A stretch of 64,000 nucleotides of DNA from an uncultured cyanobacterium (GTDB lineage: Bacteria; Cyanobacteriota; Cyanobacteriia; Cyanobacteriales; Nostocaceae), in NCBI GenBank assembly GCA_963740315.1, contig CAVUDP010000002.1:2592001-2656000 (forward strand), given 5' to 3'. The position numbers and the translations under genes were made by a program. The notes beneath the pieces were generated by a model. That model was given only the letters and a program-made list of their open reading frames with translations, had not been told where the DNA came from and did not search any database. Shown one piece after another: positions 21,412 to 32,660 of this stretch (its first letter is position 1; each line of letters opens with the position of its first letter).

Positions 21412-22302
21412 GTGACTAAAAAGAAGCCTTTAATTGTTGACGCTGCTAGCGACGAATCAATTGCAAAAATTAGTCCGAGCGTGCCAATTTCTCATCGAAA
21501 ATCATCTTGGCATGGAATCAAAGTTAATTATTACCAACATCTTACTGCTTTTGAAACCCCGGAGCATTGTTTTTCACAGCACTTCATTACAATTCACCTG
21601 AATCGCTCTCCAGTTGTCAAAGAGCAAGTGCTTAATAGTCGTCTGCGATGCGATCGCTTTCAAGATGGCGATATTTGCTTAACACCTGCGAATGTGCCGG
21701 TATCAGTCAGTTTACAGGATTCAAGCGAGTTGATATGCCTGTATCTCGATCCTAAAATCATAAGTAAAATTACAGATAATAGTTGCGATTTAAATAACTT
21801 TGAACTTATACCGCAATTCAAATTAAACGATCCGTTAATTTATCAAATTGGCATGGCTTTAAAAGTAAATCTTGAGTCTAAAGGAATCTGCGATCGCCTT
21901 TATACAGAGTCAATGGCAATGGCAATTTCTGCTCATTTGTTACAGTTTTACTCGACGCAGAAGCCGAAAGTTAAAAATTATTCTGAGGGATTACCGCAAG
22001 CTCGATTGAAACAGGTGACTGAATATATTAACGAGCATTCAGCAGAGAATCCGAGTTTAATGGCAATGGCTCAAATAGTGCAAATAAGTCCCTATTATTT
22101 TAGCCGTTTGTTCAAAAAATCTACAGGATTAACTCCCCACCAATATTTGCTCAAATGCCGCACCGATAGTGCAAAACGGTTGCTCAAGACTTCAGATTTA
22201 TCCATAGCAGCCATTGCCGCTCAAGTCGGTTTTGCAGATCAAAGTCATCTTGCTCGCCATTTCAAACGGCTTGTTGGGGTTTCGCCCAGTCAGTTTCGTT
22301 AA
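21412..22302 (+). CDS. AraC family transcriptional regulator
   Basis: C-terminal double HTH: SPYYFSRLFKKSTG...VGFADQSHLARHFKRLVGVSPSQFR. Confidence 0.95.
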   Translation: MTKKKPLIVDAASDESIAKISPSVPISHRKSSWHGIKVNYYQHLTAFETPEHCFSQHFITIHLNRSPVVKEQVLNSRLRCDRFQDGDICLTPANVPVSVSLQDSSELICLYLDPKIISKITDNSCDLNNFELIPQFKLNDPLIYQIGMALKVNLESKGICDRLYTESMAMAISAHLLQFYSTQKPKVKNYSEGLPQARLKQVTEYINEHSAENPSLMAMAQIVQISPYYFSRLFKKSTGLTPHQYLLKCRTDSAKRLLKTSDLSIAAIAAQVGFADQSHLARHFKRLVGVSPSQFR

Positions 22303-22312
22303 TTCCCTAAAT

Positions 22313-22346
22313 AGCAAGAACGTACCGATAAAAAGCAAGATCGTAC
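22313..22346 (+). promoter_or_regulatory. Putative AraC operator: direct repeat with 21-bp period
   Basis: AGCAAGAACGTAC (22313) and AGCAAGATCGTAC (22334), followed by TATAAT upstream of the OYE gene. Confidence 0.6.
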
Positions 22347-22413
22347 AATTCAATAAGGCTTTATTTATAATACTATGCCTATGGGTTTAAAAATCCGGAC
22401 TTAATATCAAAAT

Positions 22414-23502
22414 ATGAACATCAATCTTTTCTCACCAGTTGAAATGGGTTCCAACAACCTCTCCAATCGCATCGTGATGGCACCCATGACTCGATTACGA
22501 GCGATCGACAGCATTCCTCAACCCTTGATGGCAACTTATTACGCTCAACGAGCATCCTCCGGTTTAATCGTCACTGAATGTACGATGGTTTCGCCAATGA
22601 GTAATGGATACATGAACTGTCCGGGTATTTACTCATCAGAACAAATCGAAGGTTGGCAGAAAATAACAGATGCGGTACATCATGCAGGGGGAAAGATTTT
22701 TCTTCAGTTGTGGCACTGTGGAAGAGTTTCACATTCATCTTTGTTAAACGGAAAGCAGCCTGTTGCGCCGAGTGCGATCGCGCCTGTAGGTGAATTGCAT
22801 ACGCCATCAGGAAAAGTAGCAATAGAAACACCTCGCGCTTTAGAAAAAGATGAAATTACTGAAATCGTCGAGCAATTTCGCTCTGGTGCTGAAAATGCTA
22901 AAACTGCTAGATTTGATGGTGTGGAACTGCATGGTGCGTTTGGTTATTTGATCGATCAATTTTTGCAAGATGGTTCCAATCAAAGAACTGACGAGTATGG
23001 TGGTTCAGTTGAAAATCGGGCGCGATTTCTGCTGGAGGTTGTAGAAGCTGTTTCTGGGGTTTGGGGAGCAGAGCGAGTAGGCATCAAACTCTCACCGAGT
23101 AATACTTTCTATGGTATGGTTGACTCGAATCCTCAAGCGACTTTTGGTTACATCCTTGAAGCACTCAATCCAAAGGGTTTAGCTTACGTGCATTTAATGG
23201 AACCGAATCAAATCGATTTGCAGAATCGAGATGTACTTAATCCAGTTACCCCTTTGTTTCGCCCTATCTACCAAGGAACGCTGATTACCAATGGAAATTA
23301 TACCCAGGAAACAGCAAATACTGCTCTAAATAATAGTAATGCAGACCTCGTTTCTTTCGGAAAGTTGTTTATTGCAAATCCAGATTTACCAAAACGCTTC
23401 AAGCTAAAAGCATCATTGAATGAACCCGATCCGAGAACGTTTTACGGCAGCACTGAAGAGGGATATACGGATTATCCTTTCCTGGAACAAGTTGCAAGTT
23501 AA
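22414..23502 (+). CDS. Old Yellow Enzyme alkene reductase (NemA-like)
   Basis: NRIVMAPMTR, QLWHCGRVSH, ELHGAFGYLIDQFL, NPDLP...GYTDYP. Confidence 0.93.
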   Translation: MNINLFSPVEMGSNNLSNRIVMAPMTRLRAIDSIPQPLMATYYAQRASSGLIVTECTMVSPMSNGYMNCPGIYSSEQIEGWQKITDAVHHAGGKIFLQLWHCGRVSHSSLLNGKQPVAPSAIAPVGELHTPSGKVAIETPRALEKDEITEIVEQFRSGAENAKTARFDGVELHGAFGYLIDQFLQDGSNQRTDEYGGSVENRARFLLEVVEAVSGVWGAERVGIKLSPSNTFYGMVDSNPQATFGYILEALNPKGLAYVHLMEPNQIDLQNRDVLNPVTPLFRPIYQGTLITNGNYTQETANTALNNSNADLVSFGKLFIANPDLPKRFKLKASLNEPDPRTFYGSTEEGYTDYPFLEQVAS

Positions 23503-23551
23503 ACCTGCTAGAAATTGGCAAGAGTTTTATTAGAAGCCTTTAACAAATTTT

Positions 23552-24775
23552 ATGAGTTCTCAAAATTCAAATTCACTGCCGATCAAAATTACTCTCTTGC
23601 TAGCCAGCACGCTGACGGTGATGTCAGGAGCTACCATCGCACCTTCTCTACCCGCGATGCAAACGCACTTTGCAGAGGTTGCAAATGCCGAATTTTGGGT
23701 AAGGCTGATACTAACAGTACCTGCTTTATTTATTGTTATAGGTTCGCCGATCGCTGGGCAATTAGTCGATAAAATTGGACGCAAGCCCCTGTTGTTGGGT
23801 TCGGCAATTCTATATGGCTTCGCTGGTGGTTCGGGTTTTGTGCTGAATTCGGTTTTTACTATTCTTATCGGCAGGGCGTTTCTAGGATTAGCAGTAGCGG
23901 GGGTGATGGTAAGCGCTACGACGCTGATTGCAGATTATTACCAAGGAGACGCACGAGCAAATTTTATGGGTTTGCAAGCTGCATTTATGGGCTTTGGCGG
24001 CGTTGTGTTTTTATCAGTAGGTGGATTTATTGCCGATCTTAACTGGCGATTCCCCTTTTTAATTTACCTCGGATCGTGGCTATTGATACCTGGAATTTTG
24101 TTTACTTTGTACGAGCCATTGCGCCCTAAAGCTGACATTGCAGACGTAAATACAACCGTACCTACAGCAAAACTTCCCGTAAAACTGCTGGTGCTAATAT
24201 ACACTTCAGTAATGCTACAGCAAATTGTCTTTTACCTAATTCCGGTACATTTGCCCTTTTATCTAAAGCAGCTTTCAAACGCAGGGGCTTCTCAGGCTGG
24301 GTTAGCAATCGCCTTCTCTACCCTTTTCAGTGCCTTTGCTTCGATGAACTATGGTAGGTTTAAAAAGCGCTTTAGTTTTATTAAAATTCTTTCCATAGCT
24401 TTTGGTTTAATCGGACTTGGCTACGTCGGTATTGGATTAGTTAGCAGCTACTGGCTGATACTATTGGTGCTAATTCCGACTGGAATCGGATTGGGTTTAA
24501 TGATGCCCAACCTAAATGTCTGGACGGCAAATGAAGTACCAGACGCTTTACGTGGAAGGGCTTTAGGAGGTTTAACCACGTTTATGTTTTTAGGACAGTT
24601 TCTTTCTCCCATCCTTTCTCAACCAGTTAAACAAAACTTCGGTATGACAGCAACTTACGGATTAGTAGGAGTTTCTTTAGTAGTACTTGCTGCACTCGTA
24701 TGGATATATAAAAAGCAAATTTGTCATGCAGTGGAAAGTAATGTTGGAAGTGCGATCGCGCCAAAGAATTTATAG
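23552..24775 (+). CDS. MFS transporter
   Basis: About 12 hydrophobic segments and motif A GQLVDKIGRK. Confidence 0.92.
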   Translation: MSSQNSNSLPIKITLLLASTLTVMSGATIAPSLPAMQTHFAEVANAEFWVRLILTVPALFIVIGSPIAGQLVDKIGRKPLLLGSAILYGFAGGSGFVLNSVFTILIGRAFLGLAVAGVMVSATTLIADYYQGDARANFMGLQAAFMGFGGVVFLSVGGFIADLNWRFPFLIYLGSWLLIPGILFTLYEPLRPKADIADVNTTVPTAKLPVKLLVLIYTSVMLQQIVFYLIPVHLPFYLKQLSNAGASQAGLAIAFSTLFSAFASMNYGRFKKRFSFIKILSIAFGLIGLGYVGIGLVSSYWLILLVLIPTGIGLGLMMPNLNVWTANEVPDALRGRALGGLTTFMFLGQFLSPILSQPVKQNFGMTATYGLVGVSLVVLAALVWIYKKQICHAVESNVGSAIAPKNL

Positions 24776-24906
24776 GAGTTAGGAATTAGGAGTGAGGAGT
24801 GAGGAGTGAGGAGTTGAAATTTCTACCCCCTCTCCCCCCTCTACCCCCTCTACCCCCTCTCCCCATCACCCCATCCCCTCTCTCTATCCTCCTATCTTAA
24901 AGACAA

Positions 24907-25488
24907 TCAGACTGCTTGCTTCTTACGCTTGAGGGTAGATACACCAATAGTACCTACAGCTAATAAACCTAACATAGAAGCGGGTTCGGGAACCGATTGC
25001 GCGATGGATGTCGAGGATATTTTCAGAGATACACCCTCGATATTATCGTCGTAAAACTTGTCATTGATAAAGAAGTTCACCGTGGTGTCGGATGCGAGAG
25101 TAAAAGAAGTATCTACAGCGTTTTGCAGTGCTTGTGATACAGTCGCATAATTCTTACCGCTAGTAAATAGATTGCTAACACCGTCGAAAGATATACCGTA
25201 ACGATTCCTCCAGCCTCTGCGACAGTTTTCTCCGTTACTATTACATCTCTCAACTTTTCCTTCCCAAGCATTCCAACCACTATAAGCACCACCCTCATCC
25301 ATTCCGATGTAATCAACCGAATAAGTTCCTGCTGATAACATCAACGAAATTGGATTGCTAGTAGTATTCTGTTTTGAATCGATATCGATTATCTGACTGA
25401 AAATAGCCGCTTGTGCAACGGGTTGCATTGCACCAAAACCTACAGCAATACCAGTAGCAAGTATCGCTAACTTGTTAAATACTTTCAT
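24907..25488 (-). CDS. PEP-CTERM exosortase-target surface protein
   Basis: Signal peptide (AQA) and C-terminal VPEPASMLGLLAVG...KRKK. Confidence 0.9.
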   Translation of the reverse strand: MKVFNKLAILATGIAVGFGAMQPVAQAAIFSQIIDIDSKQNTTSNPISLMLSAGTYSVDYIGMDEGGAYSGWNAWEGKVERCNSNGENCRRGWRNRYGISFDGVSNLFTSGKNYATVSQALQNAVDTSFTLASDTTVNFFINDKFYDDNIEGVSLKISSTSIAQSVPEPASMLGLLAVGTIGVSTLKRKKQAV

Positions 25489-26381
25489 CGATTTATTCCT
25501 TGCAGAAAATGTATAAAAAATGTCCTTATTTTTCAGTGATAATTGAGATTTATCAGATACGCAAGGAATAATTTGATACTTCGTTAAAGCTTTAACTCAA
25601 GGTTTTTTCTGTACTGAGAGAAATTATTAAAGCTGTTGAAAATCAATATTATGTATTGTAAAAAGATAATTTGAAGATTTAAAACTGTAATTATACGTAT
25701 ATTATCAAATAATTTCATTAAAATTTCTTAAACAATAGCTATATATTCGTAGGAATACTGAATCAATATACTGGTATCTCGTGCGTACAAAAAGGATCGT
25801 GACTTTTATTAAGTAAAAACACGGCTAAAAAAGTAAAAAGCCTTGGACAAACACATTATCCAAAGCTCACAAACAGCATTAAGTGGTAATTAATTTTTTT
25901 GATTTAAGTAACCATCTAACGTTCACTATTTAATTAATAGCGATCGCGCAGTTACTTCGATGTATAATTGCATTTGGAAATAGTATGAGCAACCATTATC
26001 GGACGTTCGCCATCTAAGACCGCTCTGATGGAGGGTTGCGCCTCCCCTCGATGGCGACGAAGCAGAGGAAACGATAAAAACTCCACAACGTCCAAGGTTA
26101 TTAAATATTTAACACTGTCCGAATACCTGCCGATCGTTCTTCTTCGGTATTCGATAACGGGTCACTGCGGCATAACCCCCGTCCAGCGCTGTTGCTCTTT
26201 TCCTTACATTTATAGAATATCAATAATTAATTTAGAATTTGTCGCTCTAAGGTTCAGTTGTCAGTAATACTTTTGGTAGAATCACCTAAGTAGTACAATT
26301 ATTCCCAATAGCGGTTATGGGATTTTGAGAAAATAGCGATCGCAATTCCCCAAAAAGCTTGAATCAAAAGCCTACTCTACA

Positions 26382-26588
26382 ATGCAGACAATTCGACCTT
26401 ATAATACTTCGGATATAGAGCAAGTTGTGAAGCTGTGGTGGAACACTTGGATAATAACGTTTCCTGAAATTAAACATCCGCAGTCATATTCATCATGGAA
26501 AGCACGTTTTCAAAATGATTTAACGCTAAACGGGAATATTTGGGTTGCTGTTGAAAGCTCTATTGCAGGATTAATCAGTGAGCAGTGA
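26382..26588 (+). pseudogene. Truncated GNAT N-acetyltransferase
   Basis: IRPYNTSDIEQVVKLW...IWVAVESSIAG is a GNAT N-terminal half; the frame ends in a (CAGTGAG)n repeat. Confidence 0.6.
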
Positions 26589-26898
26589 GCAGTGAGCAGT
26601 TATCAACTAATAGTCTGCTCTCCTCAGATATCGTCCGAAATATCAGATGAATCTTTAAGTTGTATTTACGGATGCTTCATCTTAGTAAAATAAATTATAT
26701 TGCATTCTAAGTGTTGTCACGCAATAATCTAATTATAATCTTTAGTTAATTCGATTAAAAAAATCGGTTACTGCTTAAATTTGTGCAAATATCGCAAGCT
26801 TACGTAAGTAACATAGCTTTTTCTAACTTGAATCAATAGCGTAAGATTCTTTTCGCGTGCAAATCATTCCAATTAATGGCAAATCATAATCAGGTAGC

Positions 26899-27696
26899 AT
26901 GAATAAATACTCACGATTACTCAAGAAATTTTTAGTAGTTGCAACACCAATCTTAGCTAGTTTCGTGTCTATTTCACCTAGTAGAGCTGCTACCTTTGCT
27001 TATTCTCAGGGAAAAGTATTATTTTCAGAATTCAGTCAAAGCGCATCAAACGTTGTAACTGATTTAGATACTTTAACCATCACAGAAGGGAGCATGGTAC
27101 AGGCAATGGCTGAAGCAGAAGCTATGTTTTTAATTGAGCCAGCAGTAGCATCCAATCCATCTTTAAGTGCAGCTTTAGCTGAAAGTCAAGATTATTTAGG
27201 AATTGCAGAAAGTGAAACTTCAGTTATCGGTAATTTCGATATAGAGGCAAATACAAAATTTTCTTTGGACTTTATCAGCAATTTAGAGCTTGCTACATCA
27301 ATAGACAATCCTCCAAAAGAGAGTGCAAGAGCTAGTGGTGACATATCTTATGCACTTGTCGATACGCAAAATAATGATGTTTTAGATTTCTTCAATCTTG
27401 TAGGAAATATCGTTACAGAAGGAGATGACGATTTTGTTGCTTTACAAAAAAGCGATAATGTGATTTTAAGTGAAGCATTTGGCGCACCTGGTTTTGGCGG
27501 CTTACAAGAATTTCTGGCGGTATCTATTCAAGGCTCTTTGGAAAGATATTTTGCTGATGAAACAACTGTAGCCTTGGTAGAAGTAAAGCGAAATCGAGCA
27601 GAAGTGAAAGCAGTACCAGAAGCATCAAGTACTTTAGCTTTATTGTTAGCTAGTGGAGTTGTTGGTATAATCTCCAGACGACGCGCACAAACGTAA
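26899..27696 (+). CDS. PEP-CTERM surface protein
   Basis: Signal peptide (SRA-AT) and C-terminal VPEASSTLALLLASGVVGIISRRR. Confidence 0.88.
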   Translation: MNKYSRLLKKFLVVATPILASFVSISPSRAATFAYSQGKVLFSEFSQSASNVVTDLDTLTITEGSMVQAMAEAEAMFLIEPAVASNPSLSAALAESQDYLGIAESETSVIGNFDIEANTKFSLDFISNLELATSIDNPPKESARASGDISYALVDTQNNDVLDFFNLVGNIVTEGDDDFVALQKSDNVILSEAFGAPGFGGLQEFLAVSIQGSLERYFADETTVALVEVKRNRAEVKAVPEASSTLALLLASGVVGIISRRRAQT

Positions 27697-27732
27697 AGTA
27701 CAACTACAAATGGGTGTATCTATGTTGCTTCA

Positions 27733-29046
27733 CTAAGCAAGCAAATCGTCATAGCTTAAAGTTAAACTTGCATTCGCAAAATTGAATTGTTCAAAATTCA
27801 TAACGCTCATGCTAATTCCATCGCGCTCAAAATTAACTTCGTTATTATTAGTAGCGCCTAAACTGATGTTAAAGTCGTCTATGGTATAAGAGTCAAAGCT
27901 GAGAATATCAAAATCGCTACCGCCATTGACTATAGCGTCACCGAAGCCTGCAACAAAGTCTCTTCCCTCACCCATGTTTATATTCACGCCACCACCAAAG
28001 CTGGAGGCTTCTACACGATCGCGTCCCCTACCCATGTCAATCGTACCACCGAAAATACCGTAAGAATCGAGTCCGGTAGCATAAGCTTCTATGTTATCGG
28101 CTCCTTTACCTGTCTCAATTATGCCGCTCGTGTTTTCAATAGCGATCGCCTTATCGGTAGCGTAAGCAATTGCTGTAATAGTATCGCGCCCTTTACCTGT
28201 TTGAATACTACCTCTAGTATTATCAATGGCGATCGCTTTGTTTCGAGCTGTAGCAATAGCTTCGGCAACAGCTTCAGCTAAAGCTAGGTTATGGTGAGTG
28301 CCACTACTGTAACTATCGGTGAAAGTTTTTGCATAAGTCGCAGAATCAGAAAAGGCAATAGCATTAATATTATCTGCACCTGATTCAGTATCAATTCTGC
28401 CTCCAACATTCTTAATACCTGTGGCAGTAATAGTTGCATTAGCCAAACTTTGAGCGATTGCTCCCGCGAAAACTGTGATTTCATCAACAGGAGCTTCAGC
28501 TATATATTCGACGATGGCTGTGGCATCTGCTGTAGCAACTGCTGCAACAGAACCAATAACTTCACCATAAATACTGTCATTACCCGTACCAGTAATCAGC
28601 TCGCCAGAATTATTAATGCCATTGGCAATAACATTGATATCAATGTTGGCAAAAGTTTTGGCGATCGCATTAGTATCTAAGTCTTCGGTGTAAGCAATAA
28701 CTTGAGATAATGTTTGGGCAACGACAGCAATTTTTGCTATTGCAGTGCCGTTTACTATATCGTGTCCTCTGTTTGTACTAATACTTTCTTGATTATCAAT
28801 TCCATTGACATTAACATCAGCTTCAACACTAAGATTCTCAGATGCAATATCATTTAAGTTTTCGGCTGCAACATCTATCAAAACTCCGAAAACCAAATCA
28901 CTATTTACATAGTCATTACCGATGATTTCATCGGCATCTTCCAATGTCTTAATATCTGAATCTACAGGATTAAAAATTCCATTATCTGAATTAACTCGAT
29001 CGGGTTTCTCAGTGAATTTGAATTCACTTAAGTTACAAGGCGGCAT
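27733..29046 (-). CDS. RTX-like Ca-binding beta-roll protein, probable type I secretion substrate
   Basis: Repeats such as ITGTGNDSI, IQTGKGRDTI, IETGKGADNI, IDMGRGRDRV and INMGEGRDFV; no Sec signal. Confidence 0.75.
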   Translation of the reverse strand: MPPCNLSEFKFTEKPDRVNSDNGIFNPVDSDIKTLEDADEIIGNDYVNSDLVFGVLIDVAAENLNDIASENLSVEADVNVNGIDNQESISTNRGHDIVNGTAIAKIAVVAQTLSQVIAYTEDLDTNAIAKTFANIDINVIANGINNSGELITGTGNDSIYGEVIGSVAAVATADATAIVEYIAEAPVDEITVFAGAIAQSLANATITATGIKNVGGRIDTESGADNINAIAFSDSATYAKTFTDSYSSGTHHNLALAEAVAEAIATARNKAIAIDNTRGSIQTGKGRDTITAIAYATDKAIAIENTSGIIETGKGADNIEAYATGLDSYGIFGGTIDMGRGRDRVEASSFGGGVNINMGEGRDFVAGFGDAIVNGGSDFDILSFDSYTIDDFNISLGATNNNEVNFERDGISMSVMNFEQFNFANASLTLSYDDLLA

Positions 29047-29119
29047 GAAATCTTCCTTTTAATTTTGATTCAGTATTTTTTTACTAAGAATGCACCCACC
29101 ATTTTATTATATCAATCGG

Positions 29120-29161
29120 AAAAAAATCGCTGAAAGTTGCAAACAACTTTCGGCGATTTTT
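29120..29161 (-). terminator. Intrinsic terminator/stabilising hairpin after the double-glycine protein gene
   Basis: AAAATCGCTGAAAGTTG-CAAA-CAACTTTCGGCGATTTT with A/T tracts on both sides. Confidence 0.7.
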
Positions 29162-29271
29162 ACAATAACCTTTTAGAAGAAATATTTATTAAGAGATCAA
29201 ATCTTTTTTATCGACATGAATTAACTTGATAAATTTTCTTCTATAAACAGGTTATAGCAATTAGACGAAAA

Positions 29272-29580
29272 TTATACAGAGTAAGCAGATTTTGATCCAG
29301 ATGCAGCATTACTTCCGTTTACGTCAGCAAAACTAAAGGTAAGAGTTTCGGACAAAGTGTTTGCACCTGCACCTTCTGCTATAGCTTCAGCATCAGCCGC
29401 ATTGTCCTTTATGTTTGCTTCAGATTGAAAGTACTTATCGACATAAATTTCGACATACTCATTGATGTCTATATATTTAAAGAAGTCAAAGCCACGACCA
29501 CCTTTACCACCTTTATCATGTCCACCTACAATCTCTGTTCCTTCAACTGTTTCGATGTGGTTTAAATCTAAGATATTCAT
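29272..29580 (-). CDS. Small double-glycine-leader secreted protein (C39 exporter substrate)
   Basis: 20-aa leader MNILDLNHIETVEGTEIVGG; SD CAGGAG upstream; adjacent to the exporter genes. Confidence 0.82.
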   Translation of the reverse strand: MNILDLNHIETVEGTEIVGGHDKGGKGGRGFDFFKYIDINEYVEIYVDKYFQSEANIKDNAADAEAIAEGAGANTLSETLTFSFADVNGSNAASGSKSAYSV

Positions 29581-29952
29581 GAGATTCTCCTGGGAATTTG
29601 TTTGTCTTTTTCTGGGAATTTGTGTAAGCTTTCTTTTCTGCTGCTTACATTTACAACTATATATTTATCATTATTAAAAGTCAACCTTTTTAGTATAAAA
29701 AAATGTAAATAAAAAACTGTTATTAGTCTATTGAGATATTTAGAAATCTTGTTCATTTATCAACTTAATTTAATATTATAAACGGCAAAAGTTCGGACAT
29801 AAATATAGTTTTTACACCCGGCAAGAATAAGAATAAATTGTATTTTAATCAACAAATATCATAAACAAACCCTATTGTTTAATTATTTATTTGCAATTAT
29901 TGTTAGAGCCTCAATAACGAAAAAATAATTATTACCGAATGCTTATGCCTCC

Positions 29953-30735
29953 TTACGCCTGTTTCAATAAATCTGGTGATGATTGATTTTCAACATTGCC
30001 ATCGAATGAAGTTATAATCTGCATTTGATAGATTTGTTGTTTTAACCAACCATTGAATAAATCTGTAATTATCTGCTCTTGTAACTGCTCGTTCAATTCA
30101 GGTTGAATAATTTCTTCAGCCCAAATCAGATAAACACCTTTAGGAGTCACAATTGGTTTGACAACTTCCGGCGGAGTAGCAGCAAAAACACTACTGGCAA
30201 TTTCTGGACGAAAATCTTTGCGCCGTCGAACTCCTTGATATCCACCAGCACGACGCAATTGTGGATTTGAGATATACTCGCGAGCAATTTCTTGAAAAGT
30301 TAATTCATTTTCTTCGAGAGCGTAAAACAGTTCCAAAGCCAAGTCATAATCATCGAAAACGACTTCATAGGTGACGGCTTTCACAAAATCGAGTTGATTT
30401 TGATAAAAGAAAGCTTCGACGCGATCGCTAAATAAGTGATGCGCCACCTTTTTAGAAAGCACCGTGTTATAGACTAATTCTTCAAACTCATCCACAGAAA
30501 GATGATGTGATTTCAACCAAGCGAAAGTGTCTGCTGCTTTGACAAGTTTTTTCGCGAATCTCAACCTGTCTCCTTCCTGCTGTAATTCTTCCTCCTCAAC
30601 GGTAATACCTGCTTTTTCAGCAGTTTCGGCGATAATTTTTCGAGTCGCTATCCCCTCGATCGCACCAGGAATTTGACAAGACATTTTCAAATGATGGATT
30701 ACCTCTGTAGGTGATATAGATAAAACGTTTGACAT
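29953..30735 (-). CDS. Parvulin-type peptidylprolyl isomerase (SurA/PrsA-like)
   Basis: TFQEIAREY...RRAGGYQG...VFAATPPEVVKPIVTPKGVYLI. Confidence 0.88.
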   Translation of the reverse strand: MSNVLSISPTEVIHHLKMSCQIPGAIEGIATRKIIAETAEKAGITVEEEELQQEGDRLRFAKKLVKAADTFAWLKSHHLSVDEFEELVYNTVLSKKVAHHLFSDRVEAFFYQNQLDFVKAVTYEVVFDDYDLALELFYALEENELTFQEIAREYISNPQLRRAGGYQGVRRRKDFRPEIASSVFAATPPEVVKPIVTPKGVYLIWAEEIIQPELNEQLQEQIITDLFNGWLKQQIYQMQIITSFDGNVENQSSPDLLKQA

Positions 30736-30765
30736 TGTTAGTTATTGGTAATTGGTAAAAAGGTT

Positions 30766-30986
30766 AAAGGTTAAAGGTTAAAGGTTAAAGGTTAAAGGTG
30801 TAATAACTCCTTACCCCCTCTCCCCCTCTCCCCATCCCCCCATCTCCCCATCTCCCCATCTCCCCCTCTCCCCCTCTCCCCATCTCCCCCTCTCCCCCTC
30901 TCCCCCTCCCCCCATCTCCCCATCTCCCCATCTCCCCCTCTCCCCATCTCCCCCTCTCCCCCTCTCCCCATCCCCCCATCTCCCCA
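30766..30986. repeat. STRR tracts (AAAGGTT)n and (CCCCATCT/CCCCCTCT)n
   Basis: Read directly; produces the spurious ORF 30785-30991. Confidence 0.9.
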
Positions 30987-30987
30987 T

Positions 30988-32535
30988 TCACAACTCCAAT
31001 CCTCCTTTTTGCATTTTCTTAAATGGATCTAAAAGAAAATCGATCGCACGACGCTGACGAACAATTACTTCAGCCTGTGCTGTCTGCCCTGGGGTTAAGG
31101 GAATGCGGCGAGATCCATTTTCGATATACGGCTTATCAAGCGCGATTCTTAATTCATAAGTTTCAGCCCCACCTTGGTTTGTTGATTCAACTTTTGAGTC
31201 TGGAGAAATCCAGCTAACTTTCCCCGGTACAATTCCATATTCTTGGAAAGGATAAGCATCAAACTTGACTTTTACCGGCATTCCCGTTTTTACGAAACCA
31301 GTTTCCTTGACTGGCATTGTAGCTTTGAGAATGAAACCGCTGTCTTTGGGGGCAATTCTGGCGATTCTTTGTCCGGGTTGTAACACTTCTCCGGGCTTAG
31401 TTACGGGTAACTCAAAAACTATGCCATCAATTGGCGATCGCACTATTCGCTGTTTAATCTGAATGTTTAGGGAAGTTATCTCGCTTCGAGTTTGAGCAAT
31501 TTGTGATTTGTTTGAATTTATCTGTCTTTGCAAGTCTTTAATTTGCTCGCTTGTCTTTAACAGAGCCAGTTTTCCAGCACTTACCGCGCTTTGATAACTG
31601 CTATTTTGTTCGGCTAGTTGCAGTTTGGCTTGTTCAATATCAGATTCCAACTGATTCATTATTGTCTGATAGCGATTTGTTTCTTCAGCTAAACGCAATT
31701 GAGCTTGCTTGATGTCGGATTCAGTTTTCTGGTAAACTCGTTTGCTTTCTTGCTGTTCTTTTCTAAGATTGTCAATTTGGGAAGCAGAGACTGCACCATC
31801 TTTCAAAAGTTTGCTAAAACGTTCGACTTGGTTTTTGTCTATATCTAAACGAGCCTGCGCCGATTTGCGTTCGTTAAGAGTTGTTTCAATCTGTTGCTTG
31901 GCTTGATTGACTAATGATTGTTTCTCTAACTTTTGTAAATTATAAGTACTTTGTTTAGCATTCAGATTCTGAATCGCTTGATTAACCTGGGCTTGTTTTT
32001 CTTCAGCTTGAGACAGGTTTTGTTGCTCTTGAGTGCTAGCTGTCAACTCTACTTGCTTCTTGAGCAGTTCTAATTGCGATACCTGATTTTCTAATCCCGC
32101 AAGCTTTTCTTTTGTCCTTTCTAGCTCAGGCTTAACTGTATCGTTATCTAGTTCTAAAAGAATTTGTCCGGCTCTTACTTTGTCTCCTTCTTTTACCTTC
32201 ACAGCAGTTACACTACCGCCAGTAATGCTGTCTAATTTGCGAATCGATCCTAACGGTTCTATCCGTCCGATCGCGCTACCAGTTTCATCAACAGTAGATA
32301 CCATCGACCAAGGTATTGCAACAGCGATAAATCCGACGAAAACATAGAGCAAAGAACGACTCCAAACTTTTGGTAAAGCATCGAGTAATTCCTCCGTGCC
32401 GTAGTGCAGTTTTTCGGAATCATCTACAACTTCTGCCTCGGATTGTTGCTCCGTAAATTCCTCATAGGGAGGCGGAGTATAAAATTGATATTCATCCCTC
32501 GCCAGAGATGATGAATTGTGATGTGTGTACGGCAT
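30988..32535 (-). CDS. HlyD family type I secretion membrane fusion protein
   Basis: One TM segment, lipoyl half-motif VKVKEGDKV, long coiled coil, [19 protein letters not shown]. Confidence 0.95.
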   Translation of the reverse strand: MPYTHHNSSSLARDEYQFYTPPPYEEFTEQQSEAEVVDDSEKLHYGTEELLDALPKVWSRSLLYVFVGFIAVAIPWSMVSTVDETGSAIGRIEPLGSIRKLDSITGGSVTAVKVKEGDKVRAGQILLELDNDTVKPELERTKEKLAGLENQVSQLELLKKQVELTASTQEQQNLSQAEEKQAQVNQAIQNLNAKQSTYNLQKLEKQSLVNQAKQQIETTLNERKSAQARLDIDKNQVERFSKLLKDGAVSASQIDNLRKEQQESKRVYQKTESDIKQAQLRLAEETNRYQTIMNQLESDIEQAKLQLAEQNSSYQSAVSAGKLALLKTSEQIKDLQRQINSNKSQIAQTRSEITSLNIQIKQRIVRSPIDGIVFELPVTKPGEVLQPGQRIARIAPKDSGFILKATMPVKETGFVKTGMPVKVKFDAYPFQEYGIVPGKVSWISPDSKVESTNQGGAETYELRIALDKPYIENGSRRIPLTPGQTAQAEVIVRQRRAIDFLLDPFKKMQKGGLEL

Positions 32536-32660
32536 AATCAGTTACCAATTATCAATTATCAGTTAAGAGTTAGGAATTTTAGATTTTAGATTTTAGATTT
32601 TGGATTATAAATTCTCCCCATCTCCCCATCTCCCCCTCTACCCCCTCTCCCCAAATCCAT

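Noticed and set aside
30785..30991. 68-aa G/E/R/W-rich ORF between HlyD and the PPIase as a possible precursor peptide
   Set aside because: It is entirely encoded by 8-mer tandem repeats found throughout the window.
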